Translations under genes and position numbers: made by a program
Source of the DNA: the human T2T-CHM13v2.0 reference genome, Homo sapiens
DNA length: 64,000 nucleotides
Reading direction: 5' to 3' (one strand)
Assembly: GCF_009914755.1 (NCBI RefSeq)
Contig: NC_060931.1
In this document: in pieces, positions 41,881 through 56,243 of the stretch
Numbering within the stretch: the first letter of the stretch is position 1
How the letters are laid out: every line of letters begins with the position of its first letter
Notes under the pieces: generated by a model
The model's database searches: none
What the model saw: the letters and a program-made list of their open reading frames with translations, nothing else
Told to the model about the DNA's origin: nothing

Positions 41881-43299
41881 GGGAGAAAACAGAAGAACAT
41901 TGTGTATACCACATAATCTTTCTCTCCCTTGAACCTCATTATTCCATAAAGAACTGGGTTAGTATTAAAAAGATCAACTCCTAGGATGGAGCTCAGCTAG
42001 GCTTTTGTATAGCAATAGCTGTCTGGTATTTAAAACACAAAACTGGGGCCTGGAGGTGGTATAGAAGGGAGAGGAATTAAACTGCAAGTAAACTCCAAAC
42101 CATGTACCATGGAGGCCTAGAAGGGTCATCTCTTCAACCCCATCTGTGTCTCTTCATCCCTGATTCCTCAGGTTCTAGCCACAGTGGTGTTTCAGGTGCT
42201 CAAATATGCTAATCTTTCTACCTCAGGACCTTTGCACAAACGTCTTCCTTTGGCTGCTTCTTTTTCTCCCCCTTTCTTGGCCACTTGAACTCTAGCAAGT
42301 CTCTCTTGTTTTTCTGTCTCAGGAATTTTTATTGTTTCCTATATGGTTCTCATTACAATTTACATTCTTTCAACTTTTGGCTGCCTCTCCTAATAGAATT
42401 GCAGTTTTCACAAATGAAGAAATGATTTATGTATTTTTTTAACCTGTTAAAATCCTTTGTGCTTGGGGATAAATACTTGTTAGATGCATGACCTCACTGC
42501 CTGGGGATGAATATGGTTGTGTGAGTGAACTTATTCATTGAGTGTTAGACACTATAAGTTGTGTAAGTGGGTTTGTCTTATTTAAGCCTCTCAGTTCTGT
42601 GGTATAGATATTTTTATACCCATTTTACAGATGAAATGATAGGTTGAGTAACTTGGTAAAATTCACACACCTGGTAAGTACTAATAGCAGAAGCAGCATT
42701 TGAAGCCAGAGCCAGGTATTCTAAAGTACGTATACTAGAAGGGAACGGGAATATGAGGGCAAGCTCGGAGATGCAAATGGAATAATAGGCCATACGAGAA
42801 GACTCACTGCCACCCAAGTCCAAGGGGACTGCTGATTTAAAGAAATCAGGGCAAAGGCAGAGTTTCAAAGGGGCAGTGTTGTGGTGGTGAAGCATGAGAT
42901 GTGGGTATATTGTTCAACAGAGCGGTTCAAGAACAGGATGGGGAAGAGTGGGAAACAGGCCTTTTCTTGGAGATAGGGCACAAAAGAATCAGACAACTAA
43001 GTCAGTACTAGTTCATTGACTGTGGTAACCAGGCCACTTCTTTCTGCCACCCGGGAAAAATAGAGGAACTATGAGCATTAAGAAATCTGGTAGATAGGCC
43101 CGAGATTTTTAGGGGGTAGTCATCTTTCATGCATTTATATCATTTATTATCATATATTTGTAAGATTATTTGATTAACATTTGTCTCTCTGTAGATTTCA
43201 TAAGGGCTATTTATTATTTTTTGCTTCACTCACTGTTGTATAATAACACCTGGCCGAACAGCATTAATAGAGATCAGTAAATATTTTATGAATGAATAA

Positions 43300-43560
43300 T
43301 AGACAAATGATAGTAATAATAGGAAACACAGTGCACATATGCTATGCTCAAGGAATTGTTTAAACACTTTACACATATTAACTCAGTCCGTTCTTACAAT
43401 AACTCTATGAGATGGGTACAATTATTTTCTGTATTTTATAGATGTGGAAACTGAGGCACAGAGAGGTTAAGTCAGTCATCCAAGGTCACACAGCGAGTCA
43501 GTGGCAGAGCTGGAATGGAACATTGTTCTGGAGACCATGCTTTTACCATTTTGCTACACC
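43300..43560 (-). mobile_element. MIR SINE (representative; similar MIR cores near 4400-4590, 6670-7070, 10710-10900, 11480-11700, 14550-14740, 17530-17700, 36680-36850, 38880-39090, 42570-42720, 46200-46450, 53090-53320)
   Basis: MIR core ttttatagatgtggaaactgaggcacagagaggttaagt...ccaaggtcacacagc. Confidence 0.8.
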
Positions 43561-44040
43561 ACCTGTGAACAAATGAACACATGCACAGATGGCTGTTCTA
43601 AGGGCCACTTGGCGTCTCTGCTTTTGGACAGAGACCATTCTAAGACTATTTCAAAGCCAGAATTTTCTTTTAAAGATGAAGATTGCTAATATCCTGTCTG
43701 TCTTGTCTTTTATAAGATCTATAAAGGGAACCGTTGGCCCGCAGAGAATTGGATGCATAAGGTAACCAGCTGAAATGCAGCAGGACAGAATAGAGACTGG
43801 CGGGAGGGGGACACAGCAAATAACAGCTGACTTTGGAGTAAGGAAATTCCAAGATTAGAACTTAGTACCAGTGTAAAGGCAGAGGAAATGGAAATGGAGG
43901 CCCCCTCAATTGTAAGTCAGACATGTAGAGCTGGGAAGGGCTTTGCAGGAGTAAATGGAATAGCATTTCCTAAACACGCAGGTTTTTTTTTCTTCAGACA
44001 TAAAGTTAAAAAGGTACGGAATGAGAGAAATTCAGTTTTA

Positions 44041-44573
<533 letters not shown>

Positions 44574-45101
44574 TCATTATAGGAAAGAATGATCGAGTTT
44601 GAGGTGTAATGCTTTTAAAAATTCATTTTCCTTTTTCTATGACTATGCTTCCATTTCCCAATCTATTACTGATACTGAGAGTTTTAGCTGACTGAGGCCA
44701 TTTAAAATAATATAATTTAGTCTTCCACCTTACTCTGAAACCCACACTGAAAACAAATATTTCTTAAAAAGCAATTACATTTATGTGCTTATTACCTGCC
44801 ACATATATATTATAAAAGTTGATTGCTTTATGTAAGAGAAGTTAATCTGAAATCATTCTTAGCTAAATGTAATATTCTCTGTACTTGTTAAAACAAGCAA
44901 AATAAAATGGCAGGAGCAATATAGTTTAAGCATTTTTTTATTGTATGTTTGGCAAACTATGAAAATTAACATTTGGAAATTCTTTTGCTCTATTGAAACC
45001 TTGTTATTGCCTAGCCATGATAAAGGTAGAAATATGAAAATATTCTAGATTGTTACATTTTATGACTAAAGTACAAAATTATAGAAATAAATAGAAAGGT
45101 A

Positions 45102-45378
45102 CACTTTGGGAGGCCGAGGCAGGTGGATCACAAGGTCAGGAGATCGAGACCATCCTGGCTAACACGATGAAACCCCGTCTCTACTAAAAATAAAAAAAAA
45201 TAAAAAAAAATTAGCCAGGCGTGGTGGCAGGCGCCTGTAGTCCCAGCTACTCGGGAGGCTGAAGCAGGAGAATGGCGGGTGAACCCAGGAGGCGGAGCTT
45301 GCAGTGAGCTGAGATCGTGCCACTGCACTCCAGCCTGGGCGACAGAGCAAGACTCCGTCTCAAAAAAAAAAAAGAAAG
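45102..45378 (+). mobile_element. 5'-truncated AluY
   Basis: gagatcgagaccatcctggctaacacg and ggcggagcttgcagtgag diagnostics; TSD aaatagaaaggta at 45089-45101 and 45379-45391. Confidence 0.92.
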
Positions 45379-45440
45379 AAATAGAAAGGTAATAATAATA
45401 ACAATATTTGTAGAGAATTTTGTAAAATATTTTTCACATC

Positions 45441-45800
45441 TGATATGGTTTGGCTGTGTCCTCACCCAAATCTCATCTTGAATTGTGGCTCCCATAATTC
45501 CCATGTGTTGTGGGAAGGACCCCATGGGAGGTAATTGAGTCATGAGGGGGGGTCTTTCTTGTGCTGTTCTCCTGATAGTGAATAGGTCTCACTAGATCTG
45601 ATGGTTTTATAAAGAGGAGTTTCCTGCACATGCTCTCTCATTTCCCTCTTGCCTGCCACCATGTAAGACATGCCTTCCACCCGCCGCCATGATTGTGAGA
45701 CCTCCCTCGTGGAACTGTGAGTCCACTAAACCTCTTTTTCTTTATAAATTACCCAGTCTTGGGTATGTCTTTATCAGCAGCATAAAAATGGACTAATACA
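45441..45800 (+). mobile_element. THE1/MST-type MaLR solo LTR
   Basis: tgatatggtttggctgtgtc...ggactaataca; 5-bp TSD acatc/acata. Confidence 0.9.
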
Positions 45801-47479
45801 ACATATATTATTCTTATTTAATATGTAGAACAGCTTCAGGGAGTTGGTAATATTATTTTTATCCCAGAGTTGAGGGAGTAGAGTTTCAGAGAATAACATA
45901 TGCACAGTAGTATCTGGTGAGGTTGAAGTTTTTTGACTTCAGCTCTGTAAAATTTCATTGCATGAAACCACCACTGTGCAGGAAAACTAATGGATTTGGA
46001 TCTCAATATTGATTTTAAGGAGATTTTAGGATTTTCAAAAATAAATGTTAAGAAAGTGGGTATTTATATTTGGTTTGGTGTTTAAGGGAATTGTCAAAAG
46101 TGGAAAAGAGTCCTTTCCACCCCAGATAGTTTTTATTCTTTCCAGGTAGAAGACACAGAGCATCATCCAGATCCTCTCTTCCTTAGTGAGAGGCACACTC
46201 TGTAAAGAGTGGTGTTCAGCAGAAACTGTAGAGGCAGACCCGGAATCAAATCCCAGTTCTGCCATCTCTTCTTAGCTAAGTGGCCTTGGGTGAGTGAATT
46301 CACTTCTCTAAAACTCAGTTTCTTCATCTGAAGAATGCAGATCAGTAAAGTACCTATGTGAAAAGATTTGTTACAAACACAAAATAAAATAGTTTATGTA
46401 AGACACTCAGTAGATTGCACTAGGTATACAATGAACTATCATCTTTATGTCCCATGCCTTCAAAGACAGTAAATTGAGTATGCATGCAATATTTTAATGA
46501 CTTATGCCTTAAGGATCTTAGTAAACTTAACATGCCCAAGTTTAAATTGGCATACGTGTTAAAACCTGACTTTTAAATTTTCTGAGGGTACTAATTCAAA
46601 CATATTATTACATTGTTCCCATAAGTTAGCTAATTTTGACCCAGTGAATATGGTCCCTGTATGCCTGTGAAACTCTCTCCTGATACACTGACAGTAGGTG
46701 AGCCTGTGGCTGGTTTCTGCCTGAAAGGATGCATGATCCACATAGGTTGTTAGAGGCTCATGTTAAACTCTGAGCATCTGCCCATCTTGACATTCTGGCC
46801 TCCAATCTGGGGCTATTTTGAGAGAGTACTGAGCTGCTTGAAGTGTCATAAAGAGTTTCAGCAGGATTGAGGACAATAGATTAGTTTTTACCATGGTTAA
46901 CTAGCTAAAACTAATTTTAGGAACTGGACATTGTTTGGAAATTATTGCAATGGGTATTTTTCACTCATTGATTTGCATAAACACATCCAAATAGTGTTTA
47001 TTAATCGAAGCAATATTCATTGTTGACTCCTTGTGGATTTCTAGGTAGGCCTATCGTTTGAACCCAAAGATCCCTTATTGTTATTTCTCTAGAGACGGAG
47101 CACATATGCTTGATGACAAGGGCGAATTTTTAAGAGAACACTGAACTTCTAAGTATTTATTGATCCATCTGGACCCAGTTAATCCCGAGCCCAGTACCTG
47201 GAACTTGGGGTGGGAAGATGGTGGCATTTGGAATTTCTGGGTTGATTTGTATTGTTATCATATGGATGAAATGTCTTTTTTTTTTTCAGTTTGTGTGTTT
47301 TATATATACTTATTGTTTAGATTCAAGAACCGGCTAAACTGAAAAAGTCTTTAATGAGTTGAAATGGCATGAGAGACAGTTTGTCTTTTAGTTGCTCAGG
47401 GGTACTCTTTATTTTCTCATCCCTAGGTAGAATATGTTTTCTGAGGAATGAACATTCTTTGTATCTTTGTACATCCCAC

Positions 47480-47930
47480 TGCACTCAATGCTTGTCAGAT
47501 TTATCTGTAGTAACACCACATTTCGCATCAAATTTTAAGAGCTGGATGAAATGTAGTTAAGGATGTCAAGAGAAACTATAGCATTTAGAAAATGGCTGAA
47601 AAAATGAGGATGTTTTACTTAGAAAAGAGAACAGCATTTATGATGGTTATTCTTAAATAATTACAGTGCAGCTTTTTATATAAATCCAGACAACGAAACT
47701 AGAAACAATGAGAAGTTATCTTTGGGCCTGATGTAAGACTTTCATAATGCTGAGATTTTCTTATGAAAGAAATGGGTCCCTTTGAGGAGTGGAAGGCAGT
47801 CAGCTCTCTGTCACTGCATTGGATGACATCCTTTCATCCTTCAGCTACTGAAGTGACTTTCACTTTGGGCAGAAGATTGGATTGGTTGACTTCCCAAGAT
47901 TCACTTTAACTCTAAGATGCTATGATTTCA
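47480..47930 (+). mobile_element. L3/CR1 LINE 3' relic
   Basis: ggatgttttacttagaaaagagaa...tctctgtcactg...ctctaagatgctatgatt resemble the CR1 3' end. Confidence 0.45.
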
Positions 47931-48909
47931 CAATCTTTAAAAACTGAGCCTAAAATATAAAATGTTTTGAGAACTTACTGTGTGACATGGACAAGTCCTG
48001 CATCCCCTCTGGGCTCTAGATGTCCAATCTGCAAAATGGAATGGCTGGGCACTAGATCAATAACATACATCCTCTGGCCTTTGAGTTGCATCGAACCTGA
48101 AATGTAGAGAAGAAAGACTGGAAGCTGCCATCATGCTTTACCTCTTGAATGTGCCCAGGTGTCGATGTTTTAGTGGTTTATTAAACAACATTTTCATTCA
48201 CATTTTAAAGTTTATTAAAGTGGATGATCTAAGTTTTAAGACTTCTTTTCCCCCATAAGACACAATGATGTTATTTTCATTTGGAAGGAAAACAAACATG
48301 TGATCCGAAAAATTTTGATTTTTCTTAAATTGCTTCTTGAACCACCATTGTATTTGATGATGTTTTTAGTCCCTGCGTCTTGCATATTGTTTTTAATTCC
48401 CTCATCACTCTTAGAATAATAGATTCTAAGTCTAGAAATTTGAAATTGTTGGTCCAGTAAGCTTCTACCCCTCGATTAGTCACTGCTTTTTGGAACCCAG
48501 CATTGGCTGGAGCTGAGAAGGGGCTATCCAGGGAACAGAGACAATTTCTCTTCTAGTTGTAGGAAGGAGTACACTTCTCAGAGCACAAAGGAGAATAGAG
48601 TCAAAAGTAATGTGTACTCAAAGCCTTTTCGAAAGCACTTACCTTCTCAGCAACCAAAATCACCCCCTCCCCAAATGAATGTTCTAGGAACAACAACTTT
48701 TACTTAAAAAAAAAGATCATTTATAGTGGAGGTGGCCAAAAATGAAATACCAGATTCTAAGTTCCATGAGAACAAAGCCTTCACTACTATATTCCTAGAA
48801 AATATCACAAAGTCTGGCGATTAGTGAGAACTCATTTTGTTGAACGAGTAAATGAATGAAGGAACAAATAATTTTCCTAAACTTTCCCCTTCTGTACTTC
48901 TAATGGTGA

Positions 48910-48941
48910 GAGAGCCCCCTGCTGGAAGAATGAATATTACA
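48910..48941 (-). promoter_or_regulatory. CTCF motif with upstream module
   Basis: Minus-strand core CCAGCAGGGGGCTC (48925-48912), preceded 16 nt upstream by TGTAATATTC, which resembles the TGCAGT-type upstream module. Confidence 0.65.
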
Positions 48942-49336
48942 TTATGAATAGCAACATGCAGTTTACTGAAAATATTTCAATTAATCACTCTAGTTTCTAG
49001 ACCAGGTCATGCCTTATTGGATAAAATCTTGTAAAAAGCTCTGTGAAGAATCACTGACTAGGAAAGGACTCAGTTGGCACTAATTGGATATATTGGAAAT
49101 CAAACAACAGACTTTAAAACTGAACCTCACGCTCTGAAAATTCTGAATGATATTAAAAGCCTATAACTTACCCTGCATTTGGACATTGGTATTATAAATT
49201 ATTATGGATATGTTAAATTAACGTTCCCTATTAGTTCTGTAAGTTGTTAGTAGATGACTATAGCCTGAGTACCAAATTGTGAATATGTAATATGAACAAT
49301 ATAAGCAACAGTAAGCATCACCTCAAATGAAACTGA

Positions 49337-49641
<305 letters not shown>

Positions 49642-49657
49642 AATCTGATGTTTATTG

Positions 49658-49658
<1 letters not shown>

Positions 49659-49688
<30 letters not shown>
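49659..49688. repeat. (CA)n microsatellite
   Basis: About 14 CA units. Confidence 0.95.
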
Positions 49689-49689
<1 letters not shown>

Positions 49690-50421
49690 TCATGTGACAG
49701 AAAAATTATCTTTGTGCTGCTTAATAATTTGGTAAGTAATCAGTAGTTCATGAAAATTACTTGGTAGTATTTGTTACAGAGTTGGGACAAAATGTTAGCT
49801 TTTCTAGGAGTTCTTCAATAATGAAAATGATTTCCACTTTTCACCCATGTAGTTTAACAGATGCACACAAACACACTCAGTCTGTAACTGACTGCTCAAT
49901 TTTTATAGCTCCCTCTGCACCTGTCTTCTGTCTTCCATTCCTTGTCCTCATTTCTACCTCGGGGTCTGCAGGCATCTGTATGTTTCTTACTTCTGTCCTG
50001 TTTTGGGTATCCTGGATGCTGGAGGGGCAAAAGGGAGACAGGGTCGAGGAGGTGAGAATGGACTTTCCGGAAAACCAGAACACTGCTACTACCCTTTGGA
50101 AGCAGGTTTGGGAAGGTGGTAGAAGGGTCTTAGGCAGCAGTGTACATCATGAGATAGGGGTGAGAATTCAGTAAGATGGTGTGCTGGATCCTGATGGCCT
50201 GGAGACATGGGTGTGACCAAGGAGAAGGAAGAGCTTGGAGGGAATGAATGGTAGAATGACTTTTCCTATGGAGTGGAGGAAGCAGTATTGGGTTGAAAAC
50301 ATCCAAAGTAGGAGTCAGACAACCAGGAGAGCTGCAGGCCCCATCACCAACTAGGAGCACTTCCTCTTGAATAAAAAAAACCCACAGGCAGAGGCCTTCA
50401 GCAAGCACTAAGTGGATACTC

Positions 50422-50592
50422 CAGGGCTTTTCAAACTTGACTGCATATTGAAATCACCTGAGAAGCATTAAAAAGTCTTGATGCTGCCTAGTCAGAGATT
50501 CTGACTTAATTGGTCCAGGGAGTTGGCTGGATAGTGGGCTGTTTTAAAGCTTCTCAGGTGACTCCAGGGTGCAGCCAATGCTGAGAATTGCT
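50422..50592. mobile_element. MER5-like hAT relic
   Basis: ttcaaacttgactgcatattgaaatcacctg...cagagattctgacttaattggtc...caggtgactcc...tgagaattgctg. Confidence 0.7.
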
Positions 50593-50705
50593 GGTCGGCA
50601 CTCTGGGGAAACATGGAATTTTTAACTTCAGGTGAGGCATGCTATTATCTCTGGTTCTTAATGCATTCTTTTCTTGCTGTATATTATTCTTTTCCCCTTC
50701 ATCAC

Positions 50706-51152
50706 TGTGGTAGGCAGAATAATCACTCTCCCCTGAGCCCCAAAGACGTCCACTCCCTAATCCTTGGAACAAGAGAATATCTTACCTTATCTGGCAAAAG
50801 AGACTTTGCAGGTGTGATTAAATTAAGAATTTTGAGATGGGGAGGTTATTCTGGATTATCTGACTAGCCTCAGGTGTAATCACAGGGTCCTTTTAAATAA
50901 AAGATGGGCTGACAAAAGCAGAAGTGAGGCGATTGCCGTCTTTGAAGATGGAAGGTGAACACGAGCCAGGGGTTGCTGGTGGCATCTAGAAGCAGGAAAC
51001 GACAAAGAACGAATTTTCCTTTAGACCCTCCAAAAAGAACATAGCCCATGATTTAACACCATGATTTGCACTTGTTTTGGATCTCTGGCCTCCAGAACTG
51101 TAAGCAAATAAATTTGTGGTAATTTATTATAGCAGCAATAGAAAATTGATAC
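50706..51152 (+). mobile_element. MLT1C/D-like MaLR LTR
   Basis: tgtggtaggcagaataat...ggcaaaagagactttgcaggtgtgattaa...ctccagaactgtaag...gcagcaatagaaaattgatac. Confidence 0.85.
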
Positions 51153-51166
51153 CGTCACCAATCCCA

Positions 51167-51731
<565 letters not shown>

Positions 51732-51951
51732 TCCAATCCCAGTTTTACTACTTACCTCCTCCACCCCCGTAATCAGCCACTGTAAACGGATTATTGTATA
51801 TACTGGAAATGCATGCATCCTTTAAAAATATACCTGATTTTTCTAAAGGAAATAAACTAATGTGATTATGGAGGCTTTTGCTAGGTTTCCCAGTTAGTTT
51901 CCCAAAATCTTTAACAGGAAACAAAGCGTTTCTCTTCTTAACTCTTATATT

Positions 51952-52365
51952 TGTCCGGAATTGGGGGGTTCTTGGTCTCACTGACTTCAAGAATGAAGCC
52001 GCGGACCCTCACGGTGAGTGTTACAGTTCTTAAAGGCGTTGGTGTCCGGAGTTTGTTCCTTCTGATGTTCGGATATGTTCGGAGTTTCTTCCTTCTTGTG
52101 GGTTCGTGGTCTTGCTGGCTTCAGGAGTGAAGCTGCAGACCTTCGCAGTGAGTGTTACAGCTCTTAAGGTGGCGCGTCTGGAGTTGTTCGTTCCTCCTGG
52201 TGGGTTCGTGGTCTCGCTGGCTTCAGGAGTGAAGCTGCAGACCATCAAGGTGAGTGTTACAGCTCATAAAGGCAGTGTGGACCCAAAGAGTGAGCAGCAG
52301 CAAAATTCATTGCAAAGAGCGAAAGAGCAAAGCTTCCATAGTGTGGAAGGGGACCCAAGCGTGTT
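51952..52365 (-). mobile_element. LTR12 (ERV9) fragment: R-U5 portion only
   Basis: tgtccggaattgg..ggttcttggtctcactgacttcaagaatgaagccgcggaccctc and repeated gcttcaggagtgaagctgcagacc units are the LTR12 3' end. Similarity stops at ggggacccaagcgtgtt. Confidence 0.88.
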
Positions 52366-53532
52366 CAGTAAAATAAGAACGAGGAAGTGTTGAGTTTATT
52401 TAATGTAACTAAAAAATTACTGTATGGGTGTGGGTATCATCAAACGCAAGCATAATTACTAATGGTGAAAAGTGCCTCAACTGAAAGTCAAAAGTGAGAC
52501 GATGATAACAACTCTCACCATTATTATTTAATTTTGTTCTGAAAGGATTCACCAATGAAATCATACAAAAGAAAAAATTGCAATTTCACAAGATTAAAAA
52601 GCTTTCAGTAATTTTTTTGGTCTCACTAAATTTATAGATTAAATGGAATTGACATCTTTAAGCTTTTTATCCATGAATAGGGTAGGTTTTTCTATTTAAG
52701 TCTTCTTTTATAAATCTCAGCAGAGATATACCTTTTTTTGTTTTTCAGTAAAGGTCTGCCGACTTTTAGTTAAATTTATTCTAGATATTTAAATCTTTCT
52801 CTTGCTACTGTAAATATATAGGTTTATTTAAAAGATGGTTTTTAGAATATATAATATGTATTTAAATGATACACAGAAATGATGCACTATCCATCTAATT
52901 TTTGCATATAGAAAATCTATTGACTTTCAGATATTAATGTAACTTGTCACTTTACTGAATATTCTTATTCTAATAGCTTAGAATAGCTTTTGATTGATTT
53001 TGTGTTTTTCAAATGTAAAATCTTATGCAATTTTGTCTCTGCCTTTCCAATTTTCATCACCTGTTTCTTTACGCTGTGAACATAGTAGAAGACAATAGAG
53101 TTATATTTAAGATCATGAACCTGCAGTAAGTCTAGATTCAGGTCCTAACTCTGCCACTTTTTCTCTTTCTGACCCCAGGGAAGTTACTTAACCACTCTGC
53201 ATTTTAGTTTCCCTGTCAGCAAACTGGGGATAGGGTTATTGGGGGGCATAAAATGAGATAATATGTATAAAAAATTTACAATCATTCCTGGTGTCAGGAT
53301 TCAATAAATGTTAACTATTATTATGAATTGGATTGGCTAGCACTTACAGGAAATTCTTACCAGTGAAGCTAGTGAACATAATGATTTTGTTCCTTTCTGA
53401 TTTAAATGGAAATACTCATAACATTTCACTGTTTAGCATAGCAAATGTTTAACTTACTTTTGGAGATACATGTAGATAAGTTTTAATTATATTTTGCCAT
53501 ATTCTTATCATCCATTTGATCTAAATTTTTAG

Positions 53533-53616
53533 ATAGTCGGTTGAGCCATATGAAATTGTCAATATGTGACTCTACTTGACCCATAAAAATGATGATTGCA
53601 TATATTACAGCCTAAT
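53533..53616. mobile_element. MADE2-like mariner MITE (about 80 bp)
   Basis: ggttgagccatatgaaattg...ttgacccataaaaatg..attgcatatattacagcctaata, a degenerate self-complementary element. Confidence 0.7.
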
Positions 53617-53649
53617 AGCCTGTATTCATGAAGTGGAATAAAGTATTCC

Positions 53650-53768
53650 TTTTTTTTTTTTTTTTTTTTTTGAGACGGGGTCTCATTCCTGTCACCCAGG
53701 CTCAAGCAGTCCTCCCAATCTCAGCCTCCTGAGTAGCTGGGCTTATAGGCATGTGACACCAAACCTGG
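53650..53768 (-). mobile_element. Internally deleted Alu right-arm fragment
   Basis: Poly-T followed by gagacggggtctc...cccagg|ctcaagc...gtagctggg. Confidence 0.8.
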
Positions 53769-55867
53769 ATAGTATTCTATAATTCTCTTAATTTACTCTA
53801 TTTGTGGTTATTTGGGGGTTGTTTTCCCAATATCCAATTTTATATATTTGTGCTTTTTCTTCTCCTCACTTTTTTTGATTAGGTAGTTTAACTTTTATGT
53901 TCAAATAACTAGTTCTTCAGTATGTGTATTGATTCTATCATTTCTCGTTTCTAATTCATTATTTTGCTATTATCTTCATTAATTCCTTCTGTTATTATCT
54001 AAGTTTTAATGTGTAGCGCTTTCTAATTTCCTTAGATTGAATTATTTTTACCTTTTGTTTAACAATTATTTATAGTTAATGAGTTTTCCTCTCAATGCTG
54101 CTTTAATCATCTGTTTTCGTTATCACTATTTTCTGCCTACCTAGTTGAAATATTTGCTTTGACTTCTTGTTCACCTAAGAGAGAATTTAAACACTTCTAG
54201 ATGATGTGGGTTTTTGTTCTGTTTTTGTTATCCATTTCCAGACTTATCACACTGTGATTAGAGAATTTTACATGTATGGTTTTTAACCTTTTGGAATTAA
54301 TTGAGATTTTCTTTGTTGCCTAATGTGTGGTCTATTTTTGTGTAAATGAATGAACACTTAAATAGCAGGTAGAGTTTCTATTTTATCATGGTGAGTTCCC
54401 TACTTACATCTGTTAGATCCATATGATTGGGTATGTCAGTTATTAGCATTAATACTGATGCTGCATAGGTTTACTTAAATCTGTCTCTGGCCGAAGCTGC
54501 CATGCCTTGAGCTCTCTGGGTGAGTTTGTTTTTGTTTTTCTGTCTAACATTGCTATGTCTAATTTTCTATATGAAGCTCATTGTGCACAAATAAAACACT
54601 GAGAAACGCAGTTGGATGTTTCTTGACATGCCTGCACTCTTAAGGTTTGAAGACCATCTTCTCCCAGGACCCTTGGGAAAGGGAGTATGAACAGGGAAAT
54701 ACTCCAGTGAGGGGATTAGCGTATGGTCATCAGAATTTATTATCATATTTTCAGTCGTGACTAAAACTTGAATAAGGGTCTTAATCTTTTAAACTATGAT
54801 ATTAAATTACATTTTAATTGTAATTCAAAGTCTCTTTTAAATTCTACTCCTTTAGTAATATCTCATTCTTTTTAATAAAAGCTCCTTTTAAGAGCAACTA
54901 AACTGCCACAGCTCTTCAAAATCCTTATAGAAAATGTCTTAAATAAACATCAAAAAATATAGTTCTATTATTTAGCTCTTACCTCGGGTGTCTGAACAAT
55001 TCCTATGAGCTTTCTACTGGTCTGTTTAGTCTCATTCAATACAAAACAGGAAATCAATTACTACAAACCCTCTCCTAAATGAGTGCAAAACAGATGCTTC
55101 ATTTAAAGTACATGTATGCCATAATTGCATTTGGTAAATATCTGGATATTTTAAAACAACAGTAATCAGCATATTAAAATAGAATTTGACATGTTATGTA
55201 TTTTGATGATGTTATATATTAATATAATATTTGGCTGCTTCTCTATACACAAATCAACTACTGTAAACAAACAGCAGTGGATTAAATATTGTCATCTCCT
55301 GGCACTTTGACTTAATAAGTTAGTTCTTTGGAAGAATATATATATAGCTAGGACACGGGGTGGACACAGCATGCCAAGAGATGATCAATAGTGAGATCTG
55401 ATATCTTCAGAACATCGCTATGTCAGCTTATTCAACTATAGATTTAAAATTATGTTGAGAACCTCAGTAACACATGCATTTATGAATTATGCTTGCTGAA
55501 AAACTTAAAAGCTCAAATGATTTATGGGAAAACAAATGAGAGAAGAACTCAATTTATCTTGAGAAGAGATGCAGTGATTATAGCTTCATTTCCAAGTGAT
55601 TACATGCTTATCAAGAGCCTCCTAAAGGCCAAGGGAGAAGTAGAAAGGGGACCAAGGGTTGTAGATTTGATAAATAAACTCTAATGAAGGAAAAAACCTG
55701 AAGGCATCCAGAGACTCTATCCTTTATCTTTATACTCCTTGGTTTGGTTCTAGTGTCTGATGTAACTTACACTGTTCTAGGTTTCTTCAGTGAATTCAGT
55801 GTTGGCATCATAGAATGGACCTGGGACTGCTTGATTCCGTAAAGAAACTCGGAATATTTTTCAGTAT

Positions 55868-56243
55868 TGTATTAGTCTGTTTTCACATTGCTATAAAGAT
55901 ACTACCTGAGACTGGGTAATTCGTAAATGAGGGGTTTAATTGGCTCAGAGTTCTGCATGGCTGGAGAAGTCTCAGGAAACTTACAATCATGGTGGAAGGG
56001 GAAGTGGAAGAAAGGTATGTCTTACGGTGGCAGGAGAGAGAAAGTGACAGAGAAGGGGGAAGCACCAGACATTTATCAGACAATCAGATCTCATGATAAC
56101 TCACTATCAAGAGAACAGCATGGAGGAAACTGGCTCCATGATCCAATCACTTCCCTCCAGGTCCCTCCCTTGACACAAGAGGGTGATAATTCAGATTACA
56201 ATTCGAGATGAGACTTGGGTGGGGACACAGCCAAACCATATCA
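55868..56243 (-). mobile_element. MSTA/THE1-type MaLR solo LTR
   Basis: tgtattagtctgttttcacattgctataaag...gggacacagccaaaccatatca. Confidence 0.9.

Larger units (their letters stand above)
52480..54420 (-). mobile_element. Old L1M relic(s), interrupted by MIR, MADE and Alu fragments
   Basis: T-rich L1 ORF2-antisense phrases (gttaaatttattctagatatt, aacatttcactgtttagcat, ttgagatttt...ttgcctaat). Boundaries approximate. Confidence 0.5.

Noticed and set aside
52030-52393. ORFs with internal peptide repeats (SFTPEAS.TTNP / LASGVKLQT)
   Set aside because: They arise from the tandem units of the LTR12 U5 region.
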